A stretch of DNA of 64,000 nt from OM182 bacterium (GTDB taxonomy: Bacteria; Pseudomonadota; Gammaproteobacteria; Pseudomonadales; Azotimanducaceae): contig CP121333.1 in NCBI GenBank assembly GCA_043512555.1, forward strand, positions 2,309,955 to 2,373,954, given 5' to 3'. Made by a program: the position numbers and the translations under genes. This document shows, piece by piece, positions 62,319-64,000 of this stretch. The notes beneath the pieces were generated by a model that saw only the letters and a program-made list of their open reading frames with translations, searched no databases and was not told the origin of the DNA. The first letter of the stretch is position 1. Every line of letters begins with the position of its first letter.

Positions 62319-63347
62319 ATGAAGGACATCCCACGTTCCGTGATCTGGCAGGATCACCGTCTCTATCTATTGGATCAACGCAAGCTACCCGCAGAAGAAA
62401 CCGTGATTGAATGCGAGTCTCAGGAGGATGTGTTCAACGCTATAAAGACGCTTACGGTCAGGGGTGCGCCAGCGATCGGAATAGCGGCTGCATATGGCCT
62501 GCTACTTGGGCTCAGCGAGCGTTCCCCCGACGAGATTGCTTCAGCGTTTCCCGGGCGATGTGACTACCTCATCAGCTCGCGGCCAACCGCGGTGAACCTC
62601 GCCTGGGCAGTGAACCGTATGCAGGACTGTCTTCGTCAACACGAGGGCAGCAATGACCTCTACTCGGTGCTGCATGCGGAAGCGATCGCAATTCATGAAG
62701 AGGACCGCAGGGCCTGCCATGCTATTGGTGATGTCGGGCTGCCAATTGTCGAGGGCCACCCGAGACTATTGACCCACTGCAACGCAGGCAGCCTGGCGGT
62801 TTCTGAAATGGGTACCGCACTTGCGCCGATTTACCGCGCCCATGAGCGAGGCGTCAAGGTTCACGTCTATGTCGATGAAACCCGGCCACTCCTGCAGGGC
62901 GCGAGGCTCACGGCTTTTGAGCTGCAGCGTAACGGTGTCGACTGCACATTGATATCAGACAACATGGCGGCGCATATCATGTCTGAAGGCGGCGTTGATG
63001 CGGTCATTGTTGGCGCTGATCGTATAGCAGCCAACGGCGATGCCGCTAACAAGATTGGGACGATGAACCTTGCCATCCTGTGCCAGTATTTTGAGATACC
63101 TTTTTACGTAGCGGTGCCTCTCTCAACGATTGATGTTTCCACGCGGTCCGGTAAAGATATTGAAATCGAAGAGCGATCGGCCGAAGAGGTGAAATCCTTC
63201 GCAGGAACACCGGTTGCCCCAGCGGACGTCGCAGCGAGGTCGCCTGCTTTTGATGTGACGCCGGCGGCCCTGATCACCGGCATCGTCACCGACGCTGGCC
63301 TGCTCGAAGCACCGTATGAGACTTCAATCGCAAAGGTAATGGAATAG
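62319..63347 (+). CDS. mtnA: S-methyl-5-thioribose-1-phosphate isomerase
   Basis: LLDQRKLP, VRGAPAIG, TRPLLQGARLTA and GADRIAANGD motifs of the eIF-2B/MtnA family. Confidence 0.9.
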   Translation: MKDIPRSVIWQDHRLYLLDQRKLPAEETVIECESQEDVFNAIKTLTVRGAPAIGIAAAYGLLLGLSERSPDEIASAFPGRCDYLISSRPTAVNLAWAVNRMQDCLRQHEGSNDLYSVLHAEAIAIHEEDRRACHAIGDVGLPIVEGHPRLLTHCNAGSLAVSEMGTALAPIYRAHERGVKVHVYVDETRPLLQGARLTAFELQRNGVDCTLISDNMAAHIMSEGGVDAVIVGADRIAANGDAANKIGTMNLAILCQYFEIPFYVAVPLSTIDVSTRSGKDIEIEERSAEEVKSFAGTPVAPADVAARSPAFDVTPAALITGIVTDAGLLEAPYETSIAKVME

Positions 63348-63356
63348 GGTGATGCA

Positions 63357-63977
63357 ATGACCGAGCAGGAAGGTGTCATCAAGTTTAATCTGGAATACGC
63401 AGAGCAAATCCTGCGAGACATTCCCGTGGAGCCGCTGACTGCCTGGCGCTCGATTCTGAAAGATCTGGGCCTGGTAGGTCAGACACCTGAACGATACGAC
63501 GGCTATGGGTTCGGAAATGTCAGCATCCGCCACGGAGATGGCTTTTTGATCTCTGGAACGCAAACCGGCGCGCTCGATCACGTCACGCTATCTGACTATG
63601 CCTTGTGCGAGACCTGGGATCTGCCCGGGAACGCGGTGACAGCGATAGGGGAGGTGAAACCCTCTTCGGAGTCACTGTCACACGCCTCTATCTATGATGT
63701 GAACCCCGCGGTGACCTGTGCGCTTCATGTCCATAGTCCGGATATCTGGCAGGCAGCCCAAAGGCTCGGCATTCCGATTACCGATAAGGATGTACCTTAC
63801 GGAACGCCGGAAATGGCCAAGGCGGTTCGACGCCTGATTCAGAACATGCCACTGCCCGGCATTTTTTCCATGGGCGGACATGAAGACGGTGTGTTCACTT
63901 TTGGCACGTCGCTTGCGGAGGCTGGTGAGTTGCTGGTCAGCATGCTGGCGAAAGCAAGAACCGGCACGATAGGCTAA
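63357..63977 (+). CDS. class II aldolase/adducin family protein (possible methylthioribulose-1-phosphate dehydratase)
   Basis: 206 aa with a SESLSHASIY..ALHVHS His-rich metal-site pattern. Follows mtnA by 9 nt. Confidence 0.7.
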   Translation: MTEQEGVIKFNLEYAEQILRDIPVEPLTAWRSILKDLGLVGQTPERYDGYGFGNVSIRHGDGFLISGTQTGALDHVTLSDYALCETWDLPGNAVTAIGEVKPSSESLSHASIYDVNPAVTCALHVHSPDIWQAAQRLGIPITDKDVPYGTPEMAKAVRRLIQNMPLPGIFSMGGHEDGVFTFGTSLAEAGELLVSMLAKARTGTIG

Positions 63978-64000
63978 ACTGACGTTTTATAACGCGAAAT

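Noticed and set aside
62202-62357. The long version of the crotonase ORF starting at 62357 or 62318.
   Set aside because: It would overlap or abut the divergent mtnA start (62319) and leave no promoter space. ATG 62201 follows GAAGGG and lies about 13 aa before the LTLNRPEALNAL motif, as is usual for the family.
1-64000. A mobile element, prophage, defence island or toxin-antitoxin pair.
   Set aside because: I recognised no integrase, transposase, recombinase, phage structural or replication genes, no terminal inverted repeats, no tRNA attachment site, and no small paired ORFs with toxin-antitoxin-like features.

Overview
This is a densely coded 64-kb chromosomal window, moderately GC-rich, with about 60 protein genes. 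I recognised no rRNA, tRNA, CRISPR array, transposase, integrase or phage genes. Gene content looks like an aerobic, possibly marine-type, proteobacterium, though that taxonomy is only an inference.

Most genes are ordinary metabolism:
- Redox and lipid enzymes: SDRs, LLM/F420-type oxidoreductases, MBL-fold hydrolases, an acyl-CoA dehydrogenase, a carboxyltransferase, crotonases and APH-like kinases.
- Central and amino-acid metabolism: korAB-bcp, gdhA, leuC-leuD-cimA, galT and mtnA.
- A kynurenine-pathway operon (kynU plus an alpha/beta-hydrolase formamidase candidate).
- Transporters: GPH/MFS, MFS and MscS.
- Regulators: an OxyR-like LysR protein and a TrmB protein.

The items most worth a second look are:
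1. Two tandem, paralogous prepilin-type genes (1925-4403). Their C-terminal extensions carry ShK-toxin-like six-cysteine modules, and one has a 27-nt x5 in-frame repeat. No pilus or T2SS machinery lies nearby.
2. A roughly 500-nt ORF-free, hairpin-rich leader on the minus strand (about 11403-11910). It ends in an intrinsic terminator about 50 nt before a GPH/MFS transporter gene. I treat it as a candidate structured RNA or riboswitch of unrecognised class. A same-orientation cluster of DnaA-box-like 9-mers and an AT-rich tract sit next to it.
3. A divergent AmmeMemoRadiSam neighbourhood (49974-55402). It contains a fused B/A protein coupled to a GNAT, and a radical SAM gene followed by a roughly 780-aa protein ending in a divergent class III nucleotidyl-cyclase-like domain.
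4. A TrmB-CBS-repeat-protein operon with two TGTCA-N9-TGACA palindromes in its divergent control region.
5. A signal peptide / trypsin-like pseudo-protease / coiled coil / TM / FHA protein.
6. A recurring pattern of short (9-18 nt), 2-3 copy tandem repeats in intergenic spacers.

All functional calls come from motif and family recognition by eye. No database search was run.
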